Positions 20,123 through 31,400 of a stretch of 64,000 nt of DNA are shown one piece after another. The notes beneath the pieces are model-generated. The model did not search any database. It saw nothing but the letters and a program-made list of their open reading frames with translations, and was not told where the DNA came from. The first letter of the stretch is position 1; the number at the start of each line of letters is the position of its first letter. Source of the DNA: a virus (taxonomy: Duplodnaviria; Caudoviricetes). Made by a program: the position numbers and the translations under genes. The stretch covers positions 9,132-73,131 of IMG/VR virus record IMGVR_UViG_3300034150_000083, one strand, 5' to 3'.

Positions 20123-20536
20123 ATGCACATTGAAATTCCGATGCGGGCGCGGCTCTACCTGCTCGCGCTGATCGGTCAGGACTCAGGCGGCTTAGAAGAT
20201 GAGAAGCGCATGATCGCGACCGAATTGCTGTACAAGATCGAATTGCCGCAAAGCGAACTAGCACTCTACGAGACGCCCATTCCGCAGGGCGGCGCGTACC
20301 TGCACCTCGACCGGATCGCGCAAGCGCCGGTCCTCGACGCAGACCTCACCGCCGCCGAGATCAGGCGCGCCGTGGCGCTCCTCACCGAGTGGAAGAACTA
20401 TCGTCCCGGCGATGACCGCTTCATCAGACCGCTCCTCAAGAGTTTCCGCAACGCGCTCGAGAACGATGAAGAGATGACGCCGCCGCCGCCCACGGCTCAG
20501 GCCATCTCGCCGAGAAAGTCCGCAAACGGTCGCTAG
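20123..20536 (+). CDS. Hypothetical protein, possible fibre chaperone; paralog of 42808-43164
   Basis: ATG 20123 after AGGAG; follows the tailspike gene. Confidence 0.65.
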   Translation: MHIEIPMRARLYLLALIGQDSGGLEDEKRMIATELLYKIELPQSELALYETPIPQGGAYLHLDRIAQAPVLDADLTAAEIRRAVALLTEWKNYRPGDDRFIRPLLKSFRNALENDEEMTPPPPTAQAISPRKSANGR

Positions 20537-20555
20537 ACCAAAGAAAGAAGGAACC

Positions 20556-21053
20556 ATGCCAACACCTATGCCGCCGACACCGGTCCCCGTGCCGCCTGCC
20601 GCTCCGAAGACAATTGATCTGTCGAAGGTCTTCGTTCGCGCCATGCCGGGTTACTTGTACAGCCCGTTCACCAAGAAGCTCTACTACACGAACAACCGGC
20701 AGGAAGTCGGAGCCTCCACGTACGAACGCCCGTGGAGCGTGAGTCCAGGCTACGGCTTTGAGAATCCCGTTTATCCGTTGAACCCGGTGGACTTTCCCAC
20801 GGCGGAGACGGCCAACAAGGTGCTCGAGCAGGCACGGGCGTGGTATCCCACGCTTCTCTTTGACGTGATGGCCCCGAAGCCAACCGGAGGCGTCGTCACT
20901 CAGCTTCAATACTGGTTGATCGTTTGGAACGGCGCCGACCTCTATGAGATCTTCTCGTGCGGCTGGTGGGCCTTCGACTGCGACAAAGACGGCGAGACCG
21001 CTGCGAAACAGCAGCGCACCGCCGAGCTCAAGAGCGCCGGATTCTCCGTATAG
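20556..21053 (+). CDS. Hypothetical protein with a Pro-rich N-terminus
   Basis: SD AAGGA; 165 aa. Confidence 0.7.
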   Translation: MPTPMPPTPVPVPPAAPKTIDLSKVFVRAMPGYLYSPFTKKLYYTNNRQEVGASTYERPWSVSPGYGFENPVYPLNPVDFPTAETANKVLEQARAWYPTLLFDVMAPKPTGGVVTQLQYWLIVWNGADLYEIFSCGWWAFDCDKDGETAAKQQRTAELKSAGFSV

Positions 21054-21161
21054 GGGAGTACACTTGGTGCAACTCGCTGGTGTTTTCCTAATCTCCGTAT
21101 GCACAGGCCAGCGAGGCAGGGCGGCCGAACCGATGCGGCCGCCCCGTAAGAAAGGAACCGT

Positions 21162-21350
21162 ATGCCAATAATTCAAGTGCTGGTCCTGATCGTCGTTGTC
21201 GGCGTGATCCTCTATCTGGTGAATACGTACGTCCCAATGGCCGCGCCGATTAAGACAATCCTCAACATCGTTGTCATTCTCTTCCTGGTTCTCTGGCTGC
21301 TCTCAGTTTTCGGTCTGCTTCCCGGTGGCACGGTTCCCCGGCTCCGATGA
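21162..21350 (+). CDS. Two-TM small membrane protein (Thivi_2564-like; holin candidate)
   Basis: Two hydrophobic helices separated by NTYVPMAAPIKTILNIVV; SD AAAGGA. Confidence 0.7.
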   Translation: MPIIQVLVLIVVVGVILYLVNTYVPMAAPIKTILNIVVILFLVLWLLSVFGLLPGGTVPRLR

Positions 21351-21386
21351 CAAATTGCAGTGGTAATGTTTAACGAGGAATAGCCC

Positions 21387-22958
21387 ATGGCAAGCAAGTC
21401 CGAGAAGATGACCCAGGAGAACTATGATCTTGCCAAGCGGCGCGGGGATCGTTTCAACATAGAGGCCGAGCAGCGCGCCACGAACGCCCAGAACCGCGAG
21501 AAATGGGCGCAGGATTACCAAGGGGAATTCTACGACCCGATGATCGCCGGCCAAGGCGGCTATACGCCCCAGCAGGCTGCCGATATCCAGGGCAACTACG
21601 ATGGCCTCGCGGCCACCGACGATCAACTCGCCTCCAACCAGTTCACGCAGCAGGAGCGCAACGACATCGAGGGGAGTCCGTGGGACCGGGCGGTCTACTT
21701 CGACAAGGATGCGATGGAGGCGCAAACCGCCAGCGACAGTGATCGGGTGCGCGGCTCGATGGGCGGTTACCGGAGTGATCTGCAAGGCGCGCTCGATCCC
21801 TACTCGAAGAGCATGAACGAGGCGCTCGGCGACCAGGCGGGCCAGTCGATCGGCGAGGCTTACACCGCGCAACAGCAGGCCACGATCGGACAGACCGGAG
21901 CCGACCGCCGCGCCGCGGTGGACCCGGCACTCCTGCGTGCCGATGCCGGCGCGCTCGACACCATCCGGATGTCGCCGGAAGAATATCAACAGACTCTGAC
22001 TGGCGCGGGTAACGTCGTTGGGGAAAGCTATCGCGCGGCGGCTGATGATTCCGCACGCCGCGCGAGAGCCGCCGGTGCCAGTGCTCTCGGCGTGGGCGCG
22101 ATGCGCGACAGACTCGAGCGAGGCTCCGCCGTCGACCGTGGCGATGCCATGCTCAAAGCCAAGATCGCCGCTGGCGCGGCACGCGCCGGACGGGCCGGCA
22201 CCGCCGAAGATTTCCGGCTCCGCGGCGAAGAGTCTGCCTCCGACCGCATGGGACGCGCGGCGATGGAAGCGGGCGGGTTTGAATTCCAGAACCGTTTCGG
22301 TCTGGAGGACCAGCGCCTCGCCGCCGAGAAATCCAAACAGGGCGCACGGCTCCAGGTGGCCAGCGAACTTGGGAAAGCGGGTATGGGCGTGGCCAGCGAA
22401 CTCGGCCGGGCGGGCCTCGGCGTCGAAGAAGCCGCCGCGCAGCGCGCCCAGCAACAGCGCCAGTACGGCACGTCTCTAGGGACCGAGATGGCGACAGGTA
22501 TCGAGCGCGACCAAGCGGCGCGGCGTGAACGGAACGCCCTCAACCGTCAGGGCATCCAACAGTCCAACCAAGCCGTGAAGTACGGCCAAGGCATGGGTGT
22601 GCAGCAAGCGAAGACGCGCGGCGCTCAGACCGTGGCGGATGCCCAGCGTGCGGATGCCGCCGAGGGACGCGGCTATGTGAATGAGGCGGCGCGGGCGGCT
22701 GCAGCCGAGAAGGGTCAGGAACTCGACCGTCAGATGAACGCTTGGCAGATCCAGGGCGGCCAGCAGCAGAACGCCACGCAGCAGCAGGCGCAGCAGGACG
22801 CGCGACCGAAGGGTTGGGAAAAGGCGATCAGCATGGGGATGGGAGCGGTCGGCGCTGCAGTTCCATTGATCGGCATGGCTCAGAATGTCGGAAAGATGGC
22901 GACGAAGCCGGCGGCGGGCGGTTATACAGATCCTTATGGGAACTGGGGCGGCGGGTAG
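21387..22958 (+). CDS. DNA ejection / internal virion protein (A/G/Q-rich, helical)
   Basis: Composition and position before the giant internal protein; C-terminal Gly-rich hydrophobic segment; SD GAGGA. Confidence 0.65.
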   Translation: MASKSEKMTQENYDLAKRRGDRFNIEAEQRATNAQNREKWAQDYQGEFYDPMIAGQGGYTPQQAADIQGNYDGLAATDDQLASNQFTQQERNDIEGSPWDRAVYFDKDAMEAQTASDSDRVRGSMGGYRSDLQGALDPYSKSMNEALGDQAGQSIGEAYTAQQQATIGQTGADRRAAVDPALLRADAGALDTIRMSPEEYQQTLTGAGNVVGESYRAAADDSARRARAAGASALGVGAMRDRLERGSAVDRGDAMLKAKIAAGAARAGRAGTAEDFRLRGEESASDRMGRAAMEAGGFEFQNRFGLEDQRLAAEKSKQGARLQVASELGKAGMGVASELGRAGLGVEEAAAQRAQQQRQYGTSLGTEMATGIERDQAARRERNALNRQGIQQSNQAVKYGQGMGVQQAKTRGAQTVADAQRADAAEGRGYVNEAARAAAAEKGQELDRQMNAWQIQGGQQQNATQQQAQQDARPKGWEKAISMGMGAVGAAVPLIGMAQNVGKMATKPAAGGYTDPYGNWGGG

Positions 22959-22970
22959 AGAAAGGGAACT

Positions 22971-23987
22971 ATGCCAAGTTACTGGGAAAACGATATGCAG
23001 CCCGCGGGCGGAGCCGCCCCGGCAGCCCAAGGCGCGCAGCGCCAATACGGCGCGATAACCCCGGCTGCTCCGAAGCCGCCGATGGCCGCGCAGCAACCGA
23101 TGGGTGCGCCCCCGATGGGGCAGGCGCACCCGCGACCGATGGGCCGCGCGATGGGACAACAGGGCGGGGGCCCTCCCGGTGGCGGCGGTCGATGGTGGCA
23201 AGGTGTAGGTGGAGGTGGACCCGTGCGCCCTCCGCTTGGTGCTCCTCCTCCGATGGGTGGCGCTCCGCCGGCTCCTTCTCCTCCTCCTGGTGGAGCGCCC
23301 CCGGCACCGGGAGCGGCTCCGCAGTGGTCTGCGGCTGCTCAAGCCAACCGTTTTGCTCCGCCCGCACCAGCCCAGCCCCCGGCGGCACCGCCGCCAGCGC
23401 AGGGCAGTTCCTTGCAAGCCGCTCCTCCCGGCGCTGCCGGAAATCCTTGGGAGAGGGAAGGCCGAGCCGTTGCCCAGCAAATGGGCAAGGCGTACTACGG
23501 CGATCAGCCCGCGCAGGATTACGACTATACGGCCAGCAAGGCGGCTGGACAGCAAAAGATAGCCGATATGTTTCGCCGCAGCCAACCGATGGGACCGCCG
23601 CCGCCCACGGGCGTAGCCTCGTACGGGGTAGCTCCCGTTGATGCCGGCGGATCGGCGGGCGACTTCGCCGGGCAGATGGAAAAGACCATGGCGGATCGGC
23701 GATCGGCGATGGCCGGGCGCGCGGGCGGCCAGCAAGCTTACCTCGGCGCGGGCGATGCCGGGACCGAACCGGACGCCTACGGCAAGCAGATGACGGCGAT
23801 CGACGCAGCTCGCGGAGCCAGCGATCAACAGCAACAGGCCGCCGATCTACCAGCTCCTCCGCCCCCCGCGCCCGCAAGCAGCATCATGCCGATGGACGGG
23901 GGCATGGGGCGTGAGCGGATGATGCGCCAGCAGATGATGCAACAACGCCGACCGATGGGACGAGGACGCGGACCCGCTACCTACTAA
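22971..23987 (+). CDS. Intrinsically disordered P/G/A/Q/M-rich protein (ejection cluster)
   Basis: SD AAAGGGA; extreme low complexity; N-terminal PSYWE shared with the next gene. Confidence 0.65.
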   Translation: MPSYWENDMQPAGGAAPAAQGAQRQYGAITPAAPKPPMAAQQPMGAPPMGQAHPRPMGRAMGQQGGGPPGGGGRWWQGVGGGGPVRPPLGAPPPMGGAPPAPSPPPGGAPPAPGAAPQWSAAAQANRFAPPAPAQPPAAPPPAQGSSLQAAPPGAAGNPWEREGRAVAQQMGKAYYGDQPAQDYDYTASKAAGQQKIADMFRRSQPMGPPPPTGVASYGVAPVDAGGSAGDFAGQMEKTMADRRSAMAGRAGGQQAYLGAGDAGTEPDAYGKQMTAIDAARGASDQQQQAADLPAPPPPAPASSIMPMDGGMGRERMMRQQMMQQRRPMGRGRGPATY

Positions 23988-23988
23988 T

Positions 23989-25467
23989 ATGGCTTTCGAT
24001 ATGCGCCGGCAACCCTCCTATTGGGAGGATGAGGATGAGAACAACCCTTTCTCGTTGAAGAATATTGCCGCGCGCCAGCAACCGGCAGGGTTCAACCCAG
24101 CCGTTCCCAGAGCTGTTTTCCCGGGTCCCAGACCCACTGCCGAATCGATGGCCGAAGCCGGACCATTCGCCGGATCCGATCCATTGCCCGCGCTGCCGCC
24201 AGGTCCGGCCGTACCGAAACTTCCGGGTTCGTTGAAAGAGGACGATTGGATTTCGGCACCGGATCCGTTCATCACCGACTGGAACACTGCTGCCGCCAAG
24301 CGCGATGCGCAACGGGCGGAAAAACCGCTCCTCCACGATAAGCAGTACGATCTCCCCGCGTGGCAGAAGGCGATGATGGTCGCGGCGAATGCCGCTGGCA
24401 GTTTGGTGAATGCCGGGCGCCGGACTCACGTAGACCTGATCGATCAGAAGACTCTGATGCGCCGTCCGAAGTACGAAGCCGCGCTGGACAGTTGGGAGAC
24501 GCAGGCCAAGTCGCTCGATTCAGAACTGTCCTCGATGACGACCAAGTACCAGATGAAGCGCCAGTCCCAGCAGGACGAGATGGCGGCGCGCCGCGAGAAA
24601 GAGCAGCGCCGGCTGAACGACGCCATGATCGCCGAGCGCGAAGCGCGGGCCGCGGATCTTGCCGAAGACAAGCGCAAGCCACCAGCAGACATGATGGGAC
24701 CTGGTGGCCACGTCTGGAATCCGGAGAAGAAGGAGTGGTATCCGAATTCGGCTCTGCCCCCGACCGCCACTCGCCGCACTGGCAGCCAGACCGAGGAAGA
24801 GAAGTTTGGCGCGTACGCCCAGCAGGCCCAGCGGATGGTCGAGGCGGGCATCATCAAGGAAGGCAGCATGGAGCACCGCTACATGATTGCCAACGGCCAG
24901 TTGCCGAGTCCACATTACGAGCGCGCAAGCAGCAACGATCACTGGGACCAGAAGGAAGCCGCCAAGCAGGAAGAGTTCAAGCGGAAAGAGCGCAAGGACA
25001 TCCACGATCTGGAGTACGGCAAGCCGAACCAGCCGGGCCTCCACGATCAGCTCAATTCGTGGGGCGCGGAACAGTCCAAGCGGGACAAGCTCAAGCCGAA
25101 GCCGAATAAAGACGGCACCTTCGACACGAGCAGTCAGGCATATAAGGACTGGGCCGAATCCTACGTTCCCCCCGATCCGCAGGCGGAGTCCCGCAAGCAG
25201 GTCCTGCTCAACAATCTGCAGGGTGTCTATGACCGCAAGTACGCCATTGGCGACATCGACATCGCCAGATACACCGCGCTGACGCAGGGACTGAAGGCTC
25301 AGGCCGAGGGTAAGGCACCATCCGCTGCGACCAGCGGCGGGCAGACTCGTCAGACTGCGGCCCCGGCGGCGACCCCTGCGGCCACGCAGACAACGCAGAC
25401 CACTCAGACACCGCAGAAGGCCAAGCACACCAGGAGTCTCGAGGGATGGGGTTCGGGCAGCCGTTAG
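23989..25467 (+). CDS. Internal virion / ejection protein
   Basis: 492 aa, charged helical; N-terminal PSYWED. Confidence 0.65.
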   Translation: MAFDMRRQPSYWEDEDENNPFSLKNIAARQQPAGFNPAVPRAVFPGPRPTAESMAEAGPFAGSDPLPALPPGPAVPKLPGSLKEDDWISAPDPFITDWNTAAAKRDAQRAEKPLLHDKQYDLPAWQKAMMVAANAAGSLVNAGRRTHVDLIDQKTLMRRPKYEAALDSWETQAKSLDSELSSMTTKYQMKRQSQQDEMAARREKEQRRLNDAMIAEREARAADLAEDKRKPPADMMGPGGHVWNPEKKEWYPNSALPPTATRRTGSQTEEEKFGAYAQQAQRMVEAGIIKEGSMEHRYMIANGQLPSPHYERASSNDHWDQKEAAKQEEFKRKERKDIHDLEYGKPNQPGLHDQLNSWGAEQSKRDKLKPKPNKDGTFDTSSQAYKDWAESYVPPDPQAESRKQVLLNNLQGVYDRKYAIGDIDIARYTALTQGLKAQAEGKAPSAATSGGQTRQTAAPAATPAATQTTQTTQTPQKAKHTRSLEGWGSGSR

Positions 25468-25481
25468 AATGAACAAACACG

Positions 25482-28400
25482 ATGGCAACATGGCCCAAGC
25501 CCGCCAAAGCGCCGTTTGATCTCAATGGTGCGCGTGCTGATGGATACACCGACGCAGAGATCGCCGATCACTTAGCCAAGACCAACGGATTCGACCTCGC
25601 CGGCGCGCGAGGCGACGGCTACAGCGACCTGGAGATAATCGGGCATCTCAACAAACCGCCCGCCATGACCGAGCTGGGCGCGGGTCTGGAAATGGACCGC
25701 GTGATGCAGGGCGCGGTGGGCGCTGCTCCCCGTCCGGCGGATCAGCCCAAGTACAACCAGTACCGGGATCCCACGCAGCAACCTGTCACGCCGTTCTATC
25801 AGCGCGAGGTTCCGATCCCCGGCACCGAGAAGATCGGCGCGCCGCCGCCCGTCGAGAAGGCTCTGCCGCCCGTCGACTACACCGCATGGGGCGGGATGCC
25901 CGGCGCGGGGGCCCGCCTGCGTGGCATGGCCGGACTGCAGCAGGTTCCCGGCGAAGAGGATCAGCGGATCGACATGCCGGATCCGGCCACGAACCTCTAC
26001 CAGTGGGGCCTGCGCGGCGCGACCGGAACCATGGCGGGTCTCGGCGCAGGTCTGAAGGAACTCGGGACCACACCCGGCGGGCACCGCCCGAAGTTCATTG
26101 GTCTGCGCGAAGCCGGCGAGGCGCTCGAGAATGTCTCCGAGAAGGTGGGGAGCTACATTCCGGAGCAGACTCCGGAAGAAGCGCGGATGGTCGGTGACAA
26201 GAGCTTCTGGGATGATCCTGGCCAACTGCTCAATCCGTATTACATGACCAAGCACGCCGGGCAGGCGGGCGGGTCGATGGTGGCGTTCATGGCGCCCGAG
26301 GTGGCGTTCCTGAGCAAGGCGGGTCTTGCCATCAGCGGCGCGCGGGCCACCGCGCTCATGTCTGCGGCGGAAACGCTGGCGAACTCGGCGGAGGTCTACG
26401 ACGACGCCATCAACGTGAAGAAGCTGAGTCCGGACGAGGCTCACTACCTCTTCATGAAGAACCTGCCCAAGGACTTCCCCGTCACCTACGGGCTGAACCG
26501 CATTGGGCTGTTCAACGAGCGGCTCCGGAACAAGAAGCTCAAATTCGGGATCTCGCAGATCTCCGAACCGCTCCAGGAGTTCGGGCAGGGCGCGGTCAAG
26601 AACTGGACGCTCGATGACCCGATCCTCAAGGACGCGCCCGAAAACATCATGGGCGGCATCATGGGCGGTCCCGTGGGAGCTGGTCTCCAGATCGGCAGCA
26701 TGCGTGATCCGAGCCATCACGAACCCGAGTCAAAGGAGCTGAACTGGAACAACGCCATTGACATGTTCCCGGCAGCGGAGCCGGGGCAGAAGGCTCCTGG
26801 TTCGTATGGCATCATCCCTTCGCTGCCGACGCAGTCCCGCTACCCTCCGGTGGGACCACAGATGGCGGAGCAGCCGGGACCGGAGCCATCGTCCCTCGAG
26901 GGCGGGCCACCTCCAGGGGGAGCGCCTCCCGGTGGAGCGCCGCCCTCCGCGCCGACGATCGTCGACACCACCGCGCCGGACCCGTCGCTCAAACTGCAGG
27001 GCGAGGACCTCTACGCGGACGCGCTCAAGTACGCCGGAAACTATACGGAGCTCGGCCTCGGCGCACTCGTGCGGAAGTACGGCATCACGCGCGACGAGGC
27101 GGCCGGACTCCTGCAGCGCTTCGTCTCCGAGGGCCACTTCCTTCCCAAGCCGCTCAAGGGTGGCGGTGTCGTTTATGTGAACCAGGCCAAGAAGGCCGAG
27201 GAGGAAGAGATCGCCGGGATCTTCCCGGCGCCGGAAGGCGAAGAGGAGTTCAACGAGGACACGGTTCTTCCGCCCGTCGATATAGACAAGATCGTGGGCG
27301 AGAGCGAAGGCGAAGCTCCGCCGGCGGGGATTCCGCCGACTCCAGCTCCGCCTGCACCGCCCGCGCCACCAACGGCACCCGCGCCACCAACTCAGGAGCA
27401 GCAGGCACCGCCGACTCAGGAGGAGCAGGCACCTCCGCTACAGGGGCAAGATGCTTTAGACGCCTACAACGACTTTCATAGACAGTTGAGGGAACTCCCT
27501 CCTACGCCCGAGAACGACGTTGCGCGGCGTGAGTTGCGGGAACAAGTCGCCGCCGTCAGTGAAGCGGCCAATGCTCATCTGCAAGAGATGCACGATGAGG
27601 TGCGGAGAAAGGCGGCCGAAGAGCAGCAGGCACCGCCAACGCAGCAACCTCAACCGCCAACGCAGCAGGAGCAGCAACCACCCCCGACCGAGGAGGAGGA
27701 GCAGATTGGCGAGGAACCGGAGTCACCCGAGCAACAGACACCGCTTCCGCCCGATCAACCAAAAGCTCCCGCCCCGGCACCGACACCGCCAACTCAAGAA
27801 CGAAAGGAGGGAGAACAGGAACAGCCAGGACCAGAGCCGTCAGCATTGGAGCAGGAAGGACCTCCCCCTGCTCCAGCGGCACAGCCTTCGCGGAATCTAG
27901 GTTGGACGACGGAAGATCGTGTTCGAGCGGTACTGAGCTATCCCGGCAACGAGGGGATGTCTGAGGAGGAGGCTAGAGAAATCGTAAAGAAGCGGGAGGC
28001 TGAAGGCTGGTACACTCCCGAGCCAGCGGCACACCCGAATCAAGCGGCGATCGATGACCTCGACAATCAGATCAAGGCCATTCGGGATGCTCCTTCCTAC
28101 ACGCCGGGCAACGAAGCGGAGGCGCAGAAGATCAAGGACCTATGGAGCAAGCGGGAAGCCCTGAAGCGCGGCGAACCGGCACCGCAGGAATCGAAAGAGG
28201 AGAAGCCCGGCCCCGAACCGACCTCGCCCGAGCAGGAGGAAGAAGAAGTCCTCGATGTAAGGATCGGCGAACCGGACGCGGATGCCTACTACGACCTTTC
28301 CGAGAAGATCGCCGAGGCTCAGAAAGACCCGGCCTTCCGCGAGGACACTCGCGAGGGCCAGCAGTTGCGCGACAAAGTCATCGACATGGAGCGCGATCGC

Positions 28401-31400
28401 GACTTCCATAAGCCAGCGGCGATCGAGCGGGCCAGGAAGCAGATCGAAGACGAGAAGGCCGGCAAGCCTCCAACCGAGGAGGAGTACCAGAAGGAGAAGG
28501 AACCCAAACCTGAACCCAAGGAAGAGGAACCCGGGGAGGAGCCGAAGTCGCCCGAGGAAGGCGAACAAAAGCGAACTGAACCGAACGAACCCGAACAAAA
28601 GCGAACTGAGGAAGAGCCGGGCGAGGAGCCGAAGTCACCGGAAGAGAAGCCGAAGCTGACCATCTCCCCCGAAGAAGCGCAGCTCAACAAGGACATGGGG
28701 CTGGATGAACTCATCGCCAGCATGATCGACGCGCTGGAGAACGGCACGGCGACCACCAATACGGTTGGGTATCGGTCCATCGCCGAAGACCTCGGCATCG
28801 AGAACACGCTCGAGGGTTTCAAGGAGTGGCTCGCCACCCAGCACGCGGCGGCTGCTACAACTGAAGAAGAACGTCCCGCCGAAGGCGATGTAAAGATCAC
28901 CGTTGGCAAGATGCGTTCCGGTGGAGGTGGAGGTGGCGGTGGAAGAAGCAAAGGATCTCGGACCACTCGGACAGGACATACTGATTCACTGGAAGAAGTA
29001 TCTCCCGAAGAAGACGGCAAGGCTGAAGAAGGAGGGGAGGCTGGAGCAGGAGGCGATCGAGGCCCAGGAACAGACCCTGGACGCGGCCCATCTCCTGATA
29101 AAACAGAACCCGGGCCTGGACTGGGTACAGGCGATGCAACAGGTGAGGGAACAGTTCGCGTTCCTCCCGGTGGAGGAACAGTTCCTGGGGGCAAACGAAA
29201 AGTAGACAAGGCCGAATCCGGCCGCGACTTCAGGCTCACCGACGAAACCCTCGCCGATCTCGGCGGTCCCGCCGAGCGGTTCGAAGCCAACCTCGCCGCA
29301 ATCGAACTCCTCAAGAAGCTTGAGAAGGAAGACCGCCTGCCCACGCCCGAGGAACAGCGGGTCCTCGCGCGGTACGTGGGATGGGGCGGCCTCTCGCAGG
29401 TAGCGTTCGCTTGGTCTGGCGACAGACTCATGGAGCAGCGGCGCGACCGCCTGCGACGGCTGCTCACCGACGAGGAATACCGGGCGGCCAGCGCATCTTC
29501 CACGAACGCGCACTACACGTCGCTGCCCGTGGCGCGGCAAATCTGGGCGGGCCTCCAGCGGTTGGGCGTCAAGGCCGGGATGCGGATGCTTGAACCCTCG
29601 GCGGGCACCGGCATCTTCTTTGGTTCGCAGCCGGAATCGTTGCTGCCCGCCTGGCGCAACGGCGTCGAACTCGATAACATCACCGCCGGCATTGCCAAGA
29701 AGCTCTACCCGGATTCGAAGATCCAGAACCTTGGCTATCAGAAGGCAGGCTTCCCGAACAACTACTTCCACTACATCCTCGGGAACGTTCCATTCGGCAA
29801 GTACGGCGTGTCGGATCCGGCCTTCCGCGGCAAGCCATCGCTGACCAAGGCGATCCACAATTACTTCTTCGCCAAGGCGCTCGAGCAGGTCAAGCCCGGC
29901 GGCATCGTGGCGTTCGTCACCTCGCGCTACACGATGGATCAGATCGATTCGACGGTGCGCGCCGCACTCGCCGAGAAGGCCGATCTGATCGGAGCCATCA
30001 GACTCCCCGGCGGCCGGAAGGGCGCTTTCGCCGGCAACGCCGGGACGCAGGTCACCACCGACATCATCTTCCTCCGCCGCCGCCGCTCGGACGAGTCGCC
30101 GTCCGACGTGAAGTGGGTGAAGGCCACGGGCGCCGAGACCCGCGAGGGCGAGGACGAATTCAAGATCAACGAGTACTTCGTTGCCAATCCCGACATGATG
30201 CTCGGGAAGATGACAACGAGCGGGTCGATGTACCGCCCGAACGAACTCACGCTCGAAGGGGAGTTCGACGAGAACGACCTCGCCAAGGCGATCGCCAAAC
30301 TGCCCGAGGGCGTGATGAACACCTCGGCGGATGGCGGCAAGACGTTCGATCCGGTCGCGCTCACAGAGGAGACCGCCAAGATCAAGCCCGGCGGATTCGG
30401 CGTAGACGAGAACGGGGTCCTCGTCCGGCGCACGGCGGAAGGCATCGTTCCGGCGAACGTCAAGCCGGAAGCCGAGAAGCGTATCCGCGGCATGATGGGC
30501 ATCCGCGATGCGCTCAAGGCGGTCTACCGTTCGCAGCTCCTGGATAAGACCGACGAGGAACTCGCCGCGGCGCGCAAGGAGCTGAACAAGCTCTACGATG
30601 CCTTCGTCAAGGCATACGGCCCGGTGTCGAGTCCTAACAATGCCCGGGTATTCTCCGAGGATCCCGAGTACCCGACGATCCGTTCGATCGAAGACTACGA
30701 CTCCGACACCGGAAAGTCGAAGAAGCGCGACGTTTTCACCAAGCGCACCATCCCGATCTATCACCCGCCGGAAAGAGTGAGCAACGCGCAGGACGCGCTG
30801 GGTGTCGTCCTCGCCGAGCGCGGCTTCCTCGACTGGAAACGTCTCGAGTCCGTCACCAATAAAGACCGGGAGACCCTGCTTGAGGAACTGGGCGACCAGG
30901 TCTTCGAGAACCCGAGCGGCGATTGGGAAGTCTCCGACGAGTACCTGTCCGGCGAAGTCGTCAAGAAACTGAAGGAGGCCGAGAGCGCCGCCAAGAGCGA
31001 ACCCAACCGCTACGGCCGGAACGTGGAAGCTCTCAGAAAAGTTCAGCCCACTCCGCTGACCAAGGACGAGATCAACGTCAAGCCCGGCGCTTCCTGGATC
31101 CCCGGCAAGGACATCAAGGGGTTCATGGATGAAATCATCTTTGGCCTGACCGGATGGGATCTGAAGGGGAGCAAGGCGCGGGCTGACTACAGCCATGCCG
31201 CCGCTCAGTGGACGATCATCGCTCCCAGCAAACTGACGCGATCGACCCGCAACCAGGACTACAACCCGAACTTCACCGCCGCCGAACTGTTCGAGATGTC
31301 CTTGAACACCAAGAAGCCCAAGGTCTATTTCAAGAAGACCCATCCGGACGAGAAGCCCCGGCTCAATATGGAGGCCACGGCGAAGGCCGAGGACGCGCAG

